Shown: positions 40,927 to 50,739 of the stretch, in pieces
Layout of the letters: the number at the start of each line of letters is the position of its first letter
How positions within the stretch are numbered: the stretch's first letter is position 1
Assembly (NCBI GenBank): GCA_963422735.1
Contig: OY730476.1
Location: forward strand, 2,080,001-2,144,000
Reading direction: 5' to 3'
From: Candidatus Latescibacterota bacterium
GTDB lineage: Bacteria > Latescibacterota > UBA2968 > UBA8231
Length of the DNA: 64,000 bases
Position numbers and translations under genes: made by a program
Notes under the pieces: generated by a model
What the model saw: only the letters and a program-made list of their open reading frames with translations
The model's database searches: none
What the model was told of the DNA's origin: nothing

Positions 40927-41826
40927 ATGTACGTTTTAAATTATCATCAGCACCAGCAGCACGCGTCTGCTCGTCGAGCGCGTACAACAGAGGGCGGCGC
41001 AAGTAGCTGGTTGCAGGGGGCTACGAGATCATCACCGGCGACTGCAGGGACCTTGCAATTTTTGAAAAATAAATGGCTTCAGTCGGGCATTTCGACGGCG
41101 TAATCGACATGTTCTGCTTCACGCCATCCGCGCCTTCAAGGGCCGCACCGACCACTATGTCTTCTGGCGGCTCAGTATCCAATCACCGGAGAGGCCGAGC
41201 GGCAGCCCTGTTCGGCGTTCGGCTACGCCTTGCTGCGAGGAGCGCCTGTTCCGTGCATACGAGACGGGCGAACTGACAGGTCTGGGGCACACCTACGGCG
41301 AAGGCGGCAACAACCTAATCCATTCGCTACCGGGCAACTTCTATGTGGACCGCATAAGAAAGGGTCTGCCGATCATCGTCCACGGCGAAGGCTCGTCCTT
41401 TTGGCCGACCTGCCACCGCGACGACATAGCAGTGGCCTTTGTCAGGGCCTTGGGCAACTACAAGGCGCTGGGGCGGGGCTATCACGTCGCGGGCGAGGAG
41501 TGGATGACTTGGGAACGCTACAACGAGGGCATCGCTGAGGCCTTGGGCGTACCCGCGCCGGAGATGGTGCGGATTCCCACCGACTTGCTGTTGCGGATAG
41601 CCGGGCACCGAGCCGAGTGGACCGAGTGGAATTTCAAATACAACAATCTCTTCGACAACGCGGCGGCGCACACCGACTTGGGCTTCTGCGTCACCATACC
41701 TTGGATCGAGGGCGTGCGGCGGACGATCGACTGGCTGGAGGCCAACGGGCAGTTGGAGATTACGACCGGATCATTGCCGCTTGGCAGGCGGCCGGAGACC
41801 GGCTAGAGGAGGCATTTAAAGAATGA
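40927..41826 (+). pseudogene. NAD-dependent epimerase/dehydratase, heavily degraded
   Basis: Fragments YNRGRR, EIITGD, FDGVIDMFCFT, DRIRKGLPIIVHGEG, DIAVAFVRALGN, with stops and frameshifts. Confidence 0.8.
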
Positions 41827-43262
41827 GCGTAGAACGATGGGGCGTGTTCGAGGTGGAATTACAAGGGCCAGCAGAGGGCAATCCTTTTGTCGATGTAGCA
41901 TTGGGCGCGGAGTTCCGCCAAGGCGACGCAGCGATTAAAGTGCCCGGCATTTACGACGGCGACGGCATCTATAAGGTGCGTTTTATGCCATCTCAAGAAG
42001 GCGAATGGACCTATCGCACCTACAGCAATGTGGCGGTGCTCAACGGACAGACCGGCAGCTTTTGCTGCACCGCACCAGCGCCCGACAACCACGGGCCAGT
42101 GCGGGTGCGTCACCAATACCATTTCGGCTACGAAGACGGCACGCCCTACTTCCCCTTCGGCACCACCTGCTACGCTTGGGTCCACCAAGGCGATGCGCTA
42201 GAGCAGCAGACGCTCAAGACCTTGGAGACCGCCGGCTTCAACAAGCTGCGGATGTGCGTTTTTCCCAAGGACTACATCTTCAACAAAAACGAGCCGGTCT
42301 ATTATCCCTTTGCGAAAAAGGCCGATGGCAACTGGGATTTTACTCGCTACGACGCAGCCTTCTTCCGCCATCTCGAACAGCGCATCGTCCAGCTCGGTGC
42401 TCTAGGCATAGAGGCCGATATCATCCTCTTCCATCCCTATGATCGCTGGGGCTACGCCAAGATGGCGCACGAGCAGGACTACGCCTACCTGCGTTACGTG
42501 GTCGCTCGGTTGGCGGCCTTGCGCAATGTCTGGTGGTCCATGGCTAACGAATACGACTTCATGCTGCGAGACAAGCCGATGGCGGTCTGGGACCGCTTCT
42601 TCGAGATCGTGCAGGAAAACGACCCCTATGGCCATCTGCGCTCGATCCACAACGGCCATGTTGACAAGAATTACGACCACGCTAAGCCCGGGGTGACCCA
42701 CGTCTGCGTACAGAATTGGGATGTAAAGAAGATGCGCCAGTGGCGTACTGCCTATGGCAAGCCGGTCATCGACGACGAATGCGAGTACGAGGGCAATATC
42801 CTGCGCAACTGGGGCAATATTTCCGCCCGCGAGTTGGTACACCGCTACTGGATCTGCATCGCGTACGGCGGGTACGCCGGCCACGGCGAGACCTACGAAC
42901 ACCCCGAGGACATTCTGTGGTGGTCCAAGGGCGGGGTGCTGCACGGCGAGAGCTGGCCGCGGCTGAAGTTTTTGCACCAGATCGTCGAGCAAGGCCCAGC
43001 CGAGGGCATTGAGCCTTTTGCTGGCGGGTTCCCTTGGGACCGCACCGCCGCCGGCCAGCGCGGCAACTACCGCTTGATCTACTTCGGCGAACACCAGCCG
43101 CGCCACTTCGGCGACGGCCTGCCGCAAGAGGGACGCTACGAGGCCGATGTAATCGACACTTGGGAAATGACCGTGGAGACGTTGGGCACCTTTGAGGGTC
43201 AGGTGCCGATCGAGCTGCCCGGTCGGCCCCGTTTAGCGCTGCGGATCAAGCCGGTGAAGTAA
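41823..43262 (+). CDS. DUF5060/DUF4038/DUF5605 glycoside hydrolase-like protein (apiosidase-like TIM barrel)
   Basis: VERWGVFE, GNPF.DV, RFMP..EG.W, GTTCYAW, FNK.RMCVFPK, WSMANEYD, DECEYEG. Confidence 0.85.
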   Translation: MSVERWGVFEVELQGPAEGNPFVDVALGAEFRQGDAAIKVPGIYDGDGIYKVRFMPSQEGEWTYRTYSNVAVLNGQTGSFCCTAPAPDNHGPVRVRHQYHFGYEDGTPYFPFGTTCYAWVHQGDALEQQTLKTLETAGFNKLRMCVFPKDYIFNKNEPVYYPFAKKADGNWDFTRYDAAFFRHLEQRIVQLGALGIEADIILFHPYDRWGYAKMAHEQDYAYLRYVVARLAALRNVWWSMANEYDFMLRDKPMAVWDRFFEIVQENDPYGHLRSIHNGHVDKNYDHAKPGVTHVCVQNWDVKKMRQWRTAYGKPVIDDECEYEGNILRNWGNISARELVHRYWICIAYGGYAGHGETYEHPEDILWWSKGGVLHGESWPRLKFLHQIVEQGPAEGIEPFAGGFPWDRTAAGQRGNYRLIYFGEHQPRHFGDGLPQEGRYEADVIDTWEMTVETLGTFEGQVPIELPGRPRLALRIKPVK

Positions 43263-43273
43263 TTATTGCGCCG

Positions 43274-44032
43274 TTACTCAGGTACAGAGGCACCGAAGGC
43301 CGCTGCAAAAGCCCGCGACTTGGGATTGAGCACTGAGTAGAAGGCGCGGACCTCCGGGTCGGGGTGGTCGCGCCAGAGCCGAGCGGGCAGGGTCGTGTAG
43401 TTGCTCAAATGGGGTTGGTCGCGGCGTCCGTAGTAGATCTGTGCGGTTTTGCGTTCTTGTTGAGTCGGGCGGATGGTCGCCGTATGCAACACCGAAAGGT
43501 TGAAGAGCACGACGGTGCCGGCCGGGCCGTGCAGGTCCGTGATACCGCCGCGGGCGAGTTGGTCTTCTTGGTCCAAAATGGGAGCGTCGGCAGCTTCGGG
43601 CGAGAGGGAGAAGCAGTGAGTGGTCTCGTCAACGGCGGCCAGATAGACGAGAGCGTGAATATACTGGGTGCGCAGGGGGTGTTGCTGCCAGTGCGGACGG
43701 TCGCGGTGCCAGCGTTGCCAGCCTTCGCCCTCGTAGGGTGCCATGTGGCGCAAGCAGGCTTCAGAGAGGCCGATGGGGGCACCAAGAAGTGCTTCCACTG
43801 CGTCGAGGATTTGCGGGTGGCGGATGATTTCTTCGGCTACAGGCCAAGTGATCAGGGGATCGCAATTGACGGTCTGGTAGGCACTCTCCAAGGGACGCCA
43901 GATGGCGCGGCCCCAAGTTGCGCGGTCCTCGTCAAAGCCATGACGCAGGCGGGCGGTGTCTTGGTCGGAGAAAAGTTGGCCTAGGCAAACGTAGCCATTG
44001 CGGCGAAAAAATTCGTAGTCTGATGCGTTCAT
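43274..44032 (-). CDS. PhyH family Fe(II)/2OG oxygenase
   Basis: FFRRNGY, WHRD, GPAGTVVLF, VLHTA, R. Confidence 0.85.
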   Translation of the reverse strand: MNASDYEFFRRNGYVCLGQLFSDQDTARLRHGFDEDRATWGRAIWRPLESAYQTVNCDPLITWPVAEEIIRHPQILDAVEALLGAPIGLSEACLRHMAPYEGEGWQRWHRDRPHWQQHPLRTQYIHALVYLAAVDETTHCFSLSPEAADAPILDQEDQLARGGITDLHGPAGTVVLFNLSVLHTATIRPTQQERKTAQIYYGRRDQPHLSNYTTLPARLWRDHPDPEVRAFYSVLNPKSRAFAAAFGASVPE

Positions 44033-44098
44033 CGGCGTTGCTCGGGATGGCCTCTTTGCTCGGGCGGTTGAACGGGTTGGTGCAAAGCAACCGACGAA

Positions 44099-44977
44099 TC
44101 AGCGAGCGAACCAGCGAATCGGGTGTCGTCGCGTTCCATCGGCAAAGGCGAGCGAATAGGGATCGCATTGCCGATAGACAACCACCCCGTCGGTGCGCAG
44201 CACCAGCCAGCCAAAGTCCCAGCCCTTGCTCTGGTAGCACATGGGGATACTTGGCCGGACGCGGATGACCGGATGCGATCCGGCAATAAAGAGCTGCTGC
44301 TCGACATAGTAATAGCCCGAGCCGGTCTCGACGAATACCTCGTGGGCTAGGCCCGCTCCGGGCAGGTCCGCGCACAAATCGCCAATGCCGACCTTGATGG
44401 ATGCGCCGTCGCCAAAGGCGGTGGCGAGGGCGTTGATGGAGCCGGAGAGGATGTGGCCGTGGGCGTCGTGGTGCAATAGTTCCTCCCACGTGTCGGCGAC
44501 GTAGAACTTATAAAGGTCAAAGTCGTAAACGAAATTGTGGCTGGGGGCGTTGGTCGCTAGGTCATGGCTGTCGAGCAAGTGGTACTTCGGCATGGGGGGC
44601 AGCCCCTCCTCGGAGGTGGGCACGGTCTTTTGCCCGTCGAGGTGGGGACGGCCAAGGGCTTGGTGGCCGTCTTGGTTGTAGAGGAAAAACGACAGCGAGG
44701 GCCGCGGCCCAAATCCGTCGGGCAGGGACACGGGCTGGCGTAGGCTCATCAGGCCAGCGGCCCAGCGGTCTTCGACGAGATACGTCACGGCAAACTCGGC
44801 CACCTCGCGCACTTTCTCGTTGCTGAGGGAGCGCACATCAACGTGCTCGTTGTGGCGAAATTCGGTGTAGATGTGCAGGTCCGCGCCACGGCGGATGGCG
44901 CGGACCAAGGAATCTTGGCTGCCGGCGACGATCTTGCGCGACGAATCTAGCACTAAGGGGCAGGTCCAAGGGCGCAT
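44099..44977 (-). CDS. Conserved hypothetical protein
   Basis: 292-aa open frame with coding-like composition; IRRGADL.IYTEFRHNEH, LRQP, GFGPRPSLSFF. Confidence 0.7.
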   Translation of the reverse strand: MRPWTCPLVLDSSRKIVAGSQDSLVRAIRRGADLHIYTEFRHNEHVDVRSLSNEKVREVAEFAVTYLVEDRWAAGLMSLRQPVSLPDGFGPRPSLSFFLYNQDGHQALGRPHLDGQKTVPTSEEGLPPMPKYHLLDSHDLATNAPSHNFVYDFDLYKFYVADTWEELLHHDAHGHILSGSINALATAFGDGASIKVGIGDLCADLPGAGLAHEVFVETGSGYYYVEQQLFIAGSHPVIRVRPSIPMCYQSKGWDFGWLVLRTDGVVVYRQCDPYSLAFADGTRRHPIRWFAR

Positions 44978-44981
44978 AGTG

Positions 44982-45086
44982 CTATCCCTTGCCGCCGACG
45001 CTGACCAGTCGGGCCAATAGGTCGGGCAGGTCAGCGCGGGCGGTGAAATTATTGCCAATGAAAAGGGCGCAGGTGATATTGGCCAT
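44982..45086 (-). pseudogene. 34-aa remnant of an SGNH hydrolase paralogue
   Basis: MANITCALFIGNNFTARADLPDLLARLVSVGGKG* matches the N-terminus of 39300..39941. Confidence 0.8.
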
Positions 45087-45414
45087 AGTCAGCCCTCGGT
45101 TTGGGTTGCGGTGCCTCTTGCTCAACATACACACCGCTTCGTCCCGCGCCAAGTTGGAAATTGGCCCTGCACACCGTACATGCTCAGGGCATTTTGTCGA
45201 TAAAAGCTACTGCAACCAATAGGCTTGCATGTGGTGCTCAGGGTCTCGATATTGGCGATTTTCATACAGCCTAGCAGTCGCCCCATCGGGGTTGACCAAG
45301 GCTCAAATGCCCGCTTTACTTCCCGGCACCTCAGAAGGTCATCCCAAAGTTTTGCGAGAGCCGTGCCGCTTAGAAACCACATCTTTCAACAATCTTATCC
45401 CACGGAGAACAGCC

Positions 45415-46296
45415 ATGATTGAACACGCCAACACCTCGCGCTCAATTACTGCAGAAACGGTGGAAATGCCCACCGATGAGAAGTACCTCTTCGACCTGCT
45501 CGGATTTTTGATCGTACGGGACGTGCTGAGCGAGGAACATCTGAAGCTGGCTAACGACGCCATCGACTCGATGGAGCTCATACCGAGCCCGGATTACTTT
45601 GGCGACTCCGTTGCTTTGAAGGGTGAAAACACCTCGACGCGCCTCGGCAACAGCCAGGACCTGTTGGAATTGCCGCGGCCGTTCTGCGAGCCCTTCAGAG
45701 AGATGCTGGCGCATCCCAAAACCATCCCTCACCTCAACACTATCCTCGGGGAAGGCTGGCGGCTCGACCACGGTCCTGGTCTGATCGCTATGGACAAGGG
45801 ATGTTCCGGCGGCATGCTCCACGGCAGCTTCGACAACGCACCCTATTTCTACCGAGAGAGTACGATATTCACCGGCCTCTGCGTCATCGAATACCTGCTC
45901 GCCGATGAAGGGGCCGGCGACGGTGGCATCAGCGTCATTGCCGGCAGCCACAAGGCTAACTTGACCTGCCCGGCCAAGATGCTCAGATGGGAACAGTACC
46001 AAGAATACGTGACTGAGATAAACGCCAAAGCTGGCGACGCCATCATCTTCAGCGAGGCGTGTACCCACGGCACCCTCCCGTGGAAGGCCGACCACCAGCG
46101 CCGGGCCATCCTCTACAAGTACAACGCCGGGCACATGGCATGGGGCGGAGGCGGAGTGCGCGGCCGGCGGCCGGCCTACTGGGACGAGCTCACCTCTCCC
46201 CAGCAGGCAGCCCTGCTCTTGCCCTCACACCATTCCCGCAGACCCAAGCAGAGCAACGGCTACGCAAGACTCGCCGAGGTGGCCGATTCGGTGTGA
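45415..46296 (+). CDS. PhyH-like Fe(II)/2OG enzyme lacking the carboxylate ligand (HGS)
   Basis: EKYLFDLLGF, GMLHGSF, GSHKAN, FSEACTHGTLPW, RR. Confidence 0.85.
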   Translation: MIEHANTSRSITAETVEMPTDEKYLFDLLGFLIVRDVLSEEHLKLANDAIDSMELIPSPDYFGDSVALKGENTSTRLGNSQDLLELPRPFCEPFREMLAHPKTIPHLNTILGEGWRLDHGPGLIAMDKGCSGGMLHGSFDNAPYFYRESTIFTGLCVIEYLLADEGAGDGGISVIAGSHKANLTCPAKMLRWEQYQEYVTEINAKAGDAIIFSEACTHGTLPWKADHQRRAILYKYNAGHMAWGGGGVRGRRPAYWDELTSPQQAALLLPSHHSRRPKQSNGYARLAEVADSV

Positions 46297-46303
46297 GGGG
46301 AGA

Positions 46304-46354
46304 CTTAGAGGCCGCCGGGGGTTTGTCCCTGTCCCCGTGCAGACGGCTTCTAAG
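46304..46354. mobile_element. Short MITE/REP-like element
   Basis: Terminal inverted repeats CTTAGAGGCCG/CGGCTTCTAAG; internal CCTGTCCCCGTGCAGACGG identical to 63673..63691. Confidence 0.55.
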
Positions 46355-47501
46355 GCAGGGCCTCGAGGAGGCGATCGATATCCTCGTGGTTGTTGTACAC
46401 CGAGGGAGAGAGGCGCATCTTGTTGCCGAAACGCATCGCCACCTGAACATTGGCACTCCTGCAACTGGCCAAGACCGCTTCGGGGTGTGGGGCTACGAAG
46501 GAGAGTATGGGGCTTTCGTTCCCCTTCGGCGTGATCGATTTGTACCCCCTCTTAGGTAGCTCTTCCTGTAGGCGATCGGTCAGGTCTCTCGCGTGGTTTC
46601 GGATTCTGTCGACTCCGAGGCGCAGGATGTACTGTAGGCTCTCCTGGGCGCACACGACTCCTTCGTACGAGGGGTAACTGACCTCGTAGGCACCGACTCC
46701 GGTCGGGGGTGAAAACGATATCTCCTCACCAGCCGAATCAGGATCTTCCACCCAAGGGGGATAGTTGAGTACCACACCACCCGTGGGTTGAGACGGTTTG
46801 AGCACGTCGAGCTGCAGATCAGAGCGAACGTACAGAAACCCGAACCCCTTTACGCCCATCAGCCACTTGAACGTCGAACAAGCCGCAAAGTCGATGCCCA
46901 TCGCCTTGACGTCGATTGGAACGCCGCCCGCGGCCTGCATGATGTCGACGTACAGATACGCGCCGTTGTCGTGCGCCAGCTTGCTCAGCGCCGCGACATC
47001 TGCGACATACCCATTGACGTTTGACACCAATGCCACCGAAAGCAGCCGGGTATTGCCATCAACCGCGTCTTCCATGGCGGCCATGTCGATTTGCCAGTTG
47101 CGATTCTTGACGATCCGCACATCGAGACCTTGCTGCTGGCGAAACTTGTAATTGTACATGCAGGGGTTGAAGGTCAAATCCGACGTCACCACATTGCCGC
47201 CCGCCAGATGATCCTGCAAGCCGTTGAGGATATTGCTCTCCGATTCCACTGTGCTGCGCGCAAAGGCGATTTCTCCGGGGTCGGCGTTGATGAGCCGGGC
47301 AAATAGGGCGTTGGCTTTGTCTCGCGGCGGTGCCCAAGCCGGCCACCACGGCTCCCCCACCTCGTGCGCGACCCAATCGACGTACCGGTGCAGGGCCGCC
47401 GCCGAATGCACACTGATCGGATGGGACGAGGCGTTGTCGAAGTACGCCATGGTCCGCGCTCGCGGGAAGTCTTCGCGTACTCTCTCAAAAAGATCGGTCA
47501 T
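46350..47501 (-). CDS. Aminotransferase class V (PLP-dependent, cysteine desulfurase-like)
   Basis: YFDNAS, VSNVNG, VDIMQAAG, STFKWLMG, RLSPSVYN. Confidence 0.9.
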   Translation of the reverse strand: MTDLFERVREDFPRARTMAYFDNASSHPISVHSAAALHRYVDWVAHEVGEPWWPAWAPPRDKANALFARLINADPGEIAFARSTVESESNILNGLQDHLAGGNVVTSDLTFNPCMYNYKFRQQQGLDVRIVKNRNWQIDMAAMEDAVDGNTRLLSVALVSNVNGYVADVAALSKLAHDNGAYLYVDIMQAAGGVPIDVKAMGIDFAACSTFKWLMGVKGFGFLYVRSDLQLDVLKPSQPTGGVVLNYPPWVEDPDSAGEEISFSPPTGVGAYEVSYPSYEGVVCAQESLQYILRLGVDRIRNHARDLTDRLQEELPKRGYKSITPKGNESPILSFVAPHPEAVLASCRSANVQVAMRFGNKMRLSPSVYNNHEDIDRLLEALP

Positions 47502-47719
47502 ACTCGGCTACCTCGGTATAAAATCCAGCGTTCGGGGCCGCCAGCGTGATCGTAGTTTTTGATGTAAGGCGGATCCACGGGTTTTTCGACCAATTGGATT
47601 CCCCCCAAGCCATGGGAGACGAGTTCGACGCGAAAGCGGCTTTTCACTTCAACGGCGATGGACACTTGGCCGTATTCGGGCAGGACGTCGAGGCTTTCTT
47701 CTCGAATGCGAATGTCCAT
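47498..47719 (-). pseudogene. N-terminal fragment of a GNAT acetyltransferase
   Basis: EYGQVSIA.EVKS...GLGG..LVE.PV.PPYIKNYD...GPERW, then truncated with no acetyl-CoA-binding motif. Confidence 0.55.
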
Positions 47720-47859
47720 TGGCGTTGTCGAGCCTGAAGGTTAGGTGAAGCGATCTCCTTGCGATGCCCTTGGGCCGGGAACGGATTCCCTGTCCTGTAT
47801 AGCCGCTTGTGGAGTGATAAGAGTTCGTTCTTCAGATCAAACACACATTGGCGACACGA

Positions 47860-48000
47860 CTCTTCAGATTGTACGAGCGAGCCGAGGAATCGGGACAGCG
47901 AATGCGTGGCCGCCGCGTCCGCCGTTTTCTTGAACAAGAGCTGTCTGGCGGACAGCAGTACGGGCGCCAGAAGCAGACATGTGTAATCAACGAGGTTCAT
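47860..48000 (-). pseudogene. Fragment of an SMR/EamA (ArnE/F-like) small transporter
   Basis: LLLAPVLLSARQLLFKKTA is the first TM with the QLLFK motif; the rest is lost. Confidence 0.5.
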
Positions 48001-48042
48001 GGCGATCCATCCTACCGTCGGCGCAACAGAGTTGCAGCTACG

Positions 48043-48782
48043 TTATTCGGCAGCAAGGTCGTACTCCGCCTCCCATAGCTGCCCCTCAGTGGTGAACTGG
48101 CCGGTGTGGATGCGGGCGATGGGATAGTCCCGCGATGTATCGCCCGTCGGCCATGAACCCGTATAGGTCTAAATCAAAGTCCAGATTGTCGAACCCGTAC
48201 CGGCGACGGTGGTCGGAGAGATCGGCCTGTTCGATCGGAAGGACATGCGGAAAGACCGGCGCTTCCAGGTCCTCGTCGCGGCATTCTTACTTAACGTAAA
48301 TCAGCCTGTTTTCGTTCTCGTCCAGATACACGTCGAAGTCGGCGCGGGCGATCAGCCGGGACTCCTTTAGGATAGTCTCCGGAATTGATTATTCATCCGG
48401 CTGTTCCGTATTGTTACTTAAATAGCTGATTTTCTCGAATTTGATTCTATAACTTCGGATTCAGCATCCGATGCAGTATATTCTCTATCGTCCGCTGGAT
48501 TTTCCTTTCTGGCTCGTTCCTGGGCACGAGGGCGTACTGGAACCGCAGCGATGCGGAATGAAAGGTCATCTGTCCGTTCGGGCGCATGAAGTATGACGTG
48601 TGCGCCATGAGCTTTTTTCCTCCTTTACCGTGGTAGGGGGAGAGGAACACAATCTGCTCCTGTACGCTAGGAGCCGGATATGATGATCGGGGGACAGATA
48701 TACTCCATAGTTGGCTATGCGCAGCAGAACGAGCCCGCCGGCCAGCGCACCGATTGCCGCTCGAACTTGAACCGTCTCATGG
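48043..48782 (-). pseudogene. Degraded membrane/glycosylation-associated protein
   Basis: C-terminal piece ARADFDVYLDENENRLIYVK*EC...HVLPI..DL..HRRRYGFDNLDF...YPIARIHTGQF; internal stops and frameshifts. Confidence 0.5.
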
Positions 48783-48846
48783 CGTCATTCCCTTTGTGCG
48801 CGAACCGCTGCTGCGAAGCCGCGCCCCACGCCGTAACCGTCGTGCG

Positions 48847-49398
48847 TCATGATTCGCCTCTCCCCTGCGTGGAGATCAGCGCCAGCAGGAAGCCGAAGAA
48901 CATCACTTGCACACCCACGACCAGCAGCGCGACGGAGGGGATGGCGATGCTCAGGCGCGTCTCGATGGCCACAGCGCCGGTCTGCACCCAGACGAACAGG
49001 CTGACGCTTCCTGTTAGCGCGAGGCCGACGGCGAGGCAGGGCTCCAGAATCCGGCACTGCTGCACCCAATTTCTCAGCCGCCCTTCGGTGAGGCCGATGG
49101 CGTCGCCGAAGGCGTCCGCCAGCAGGTGGAACGCCGCCAACTGAAAGCCGCATATCGTGAAGGCGGAGCCGAACAACATGGTATAGACGCCGAACCCGGC
49201 GGGAATCAGAAACGGCGCGGCCATGGCGAGCGCACCCGCCGCCAGCAGCGCGCAGCCGGGATACAGGAACAGCCAGCGGGGAGAGAGCATGAGCAGCAGG
49301 CGTAAATGACGCCAGCCGTCCCTAAAGGTTCGCAGCCGCGAGGAGCGGTCGGGGTCGAGGGCGCGGCACTGACTCGTCGGCACCTCGGCGATGCGCAT
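48847..49398 (-). pseudogene. C-terminal fragment of a GT2 (DPM1/ArnC-like) glycosyltransferase
   Basis: RIAEVP...LRTFRDGWRHLR..L..SPRWLFLYPG plus TM helices; catalytic N-terminal domain absent. Confidence 0.75.
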
Positions 49399-49534
49399 GT
49401 TCTTCTTCGTGGTCTGTTTTTTTATGGATACTTATAACAATAGTCCGGAAGTCCAGACAGTCTTGCCGAAAAAAGGTGCATGATGGATTATGGCAAAATT
49501 GCTGCTTAAAAATGTCCTAACCATTGTTGTAGAG

Positions 49535-50665
49535 TTATCGCCTCAACCTCCCGGCGACTCCTTCATCCACCTCAATGCCCAATCCCGGCCCAGCCGGTAC
49601 GCGCACAAAGCTGTCCTCTTGGTCAAACGGCTCCGCGCATAGCTCTTGGCGGATGACACTTGGCGTGCGATCGAATTCCATCACCGGCTCCTGCAAATAG
49701 GGCTGGGCATTGTGCGCTGGTGGGCAGGGAGGCAAGGTGGCGGCAAGGTGCAAGGTGGCGGCGATCATAACGGGCGAACCCCAGACATGGGGGTTGACCT
49801 GAATGCCGCAGGCGTTGGCCATGGCACATATCCGCTGCATCTCGGTGATGCCGCCGCAGTGCATGATGTCGGGCTGGACAATGTCGTAGGCGCGGCGCGT
49901 CAGATAGGGCTTGAATTCGTAGCGGGTGCGCAGGTTTTCGCCGCCGGCAATGGCCATGGGCAGCGCGGCTTTGACTTCCAAATAGGCGTCTAGGTCTTGG
50001 GCGTTAACCGGCTCTTCAAACCACACCAACTCCAGCTCGGCCAGCTTCTGGCCAATGCGAATTGCCGTGGTGGCGTTGTAAGCTTCGTTGGCATCAACCA
50101 TGAGATGGATGTCCGGGCCGATGGCATTGCGCAACGCCCTGACGCGCTCTACATCCTCGGCAATGGACAGCCCCCCGACTTTAGTCTTCATCCCCGTGAA
50201 GCCTGCGGCCACATAGGCCCGCGCCTCGTCGAGCAGGCGGTCGGGGAACTCGCCTTCGGTATAGTAGAGGCCGGTGGCATAGACGGCGATTTTATCGCGA
50301 ACCTTGCCGCCGAGGAGGGCACAGACCGGAAGGCCGGTGGCTTTGCCGGCGAGATCCCAGAGGGCGATGTCGAGCGCGGAAAGGGCGCTGCCGGCTAGGC
50401 CGACCGCGTTGTTACCGTTGTATAGAGCGTGGAACATGCGCTCCCACAGCCTTGCGCGGTCCATGGGGTCTTGGCCGATGAGCAGCGGGGCGAGCAAGCT
50501 GTCGATGATGTCGGCGGCCGCGCCTTCGCCCCAGCCTATGAGGCCGTCGTCCGTAGTGACTTTGACGAGCGTGGTGGTGCGCTGGTCGATCCAGCCTTGG
50601 GACCAGCCAAAGGGGCACTCGAGTGAGCAGGTGAGGTCGAAGGTTTCGATGGCAGCGATTTTCAT
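49535..50665 (-). CDS. Mandelate racemase/MLE family dehydratase or isomerase
   Basis: GLIGWGE, DIALWDLAGK, KTK, MVDAN, EEP, GEN, QPD, PHVW. Confidence 0.92.
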   Translation of the reverse strand: MKIAAIETFDLTCSLECPFGWSQGWIDQRTTTLVKVTTDDGLIGWGEGAAADIIDSLLAPLLIGQDPMDRARLWERMFHALYNGNNAVGLAGSALSALDIALWDLAGKATGLPVCALLGGKVRDKIAVYATGLYYTEGEFPDRLLDEARAYVAAGFTGMKTKVGGLSIAEDVERVRALRNAIGPDIHLMVDANEAYNATTAIRIGQKLAELELVWFEEPVNAQDLDAYLEVKAALPMAIAGGENLRTRYEFKPYLTRRAYDIVQPDIMHCGGITEMQRICAMANACGIQVNPHVWGSPVMIAATLHLAATLPPCPPAHNAQPYLQEPVMEFDRTPSVIRQELCAEPFDQEDSFVRVPAGPGLGIEVDEGVAGRLRR

Positions 50666-50739
50666 AATTAGGGCTCTGAGGTTGACAGTCGTCGGAGGGG
50701 AATATAGGGTATTCAGGTTTGCAGATAAAGGAGACGAAC

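Noticed and set aside
49491-49506. Sigma54-like TGGCAAAATTGCTGCT on the + strand
   Set aside because: Imperfect -12 box and it points into the 3' end of a minus-strand gene with no downstream ORF.
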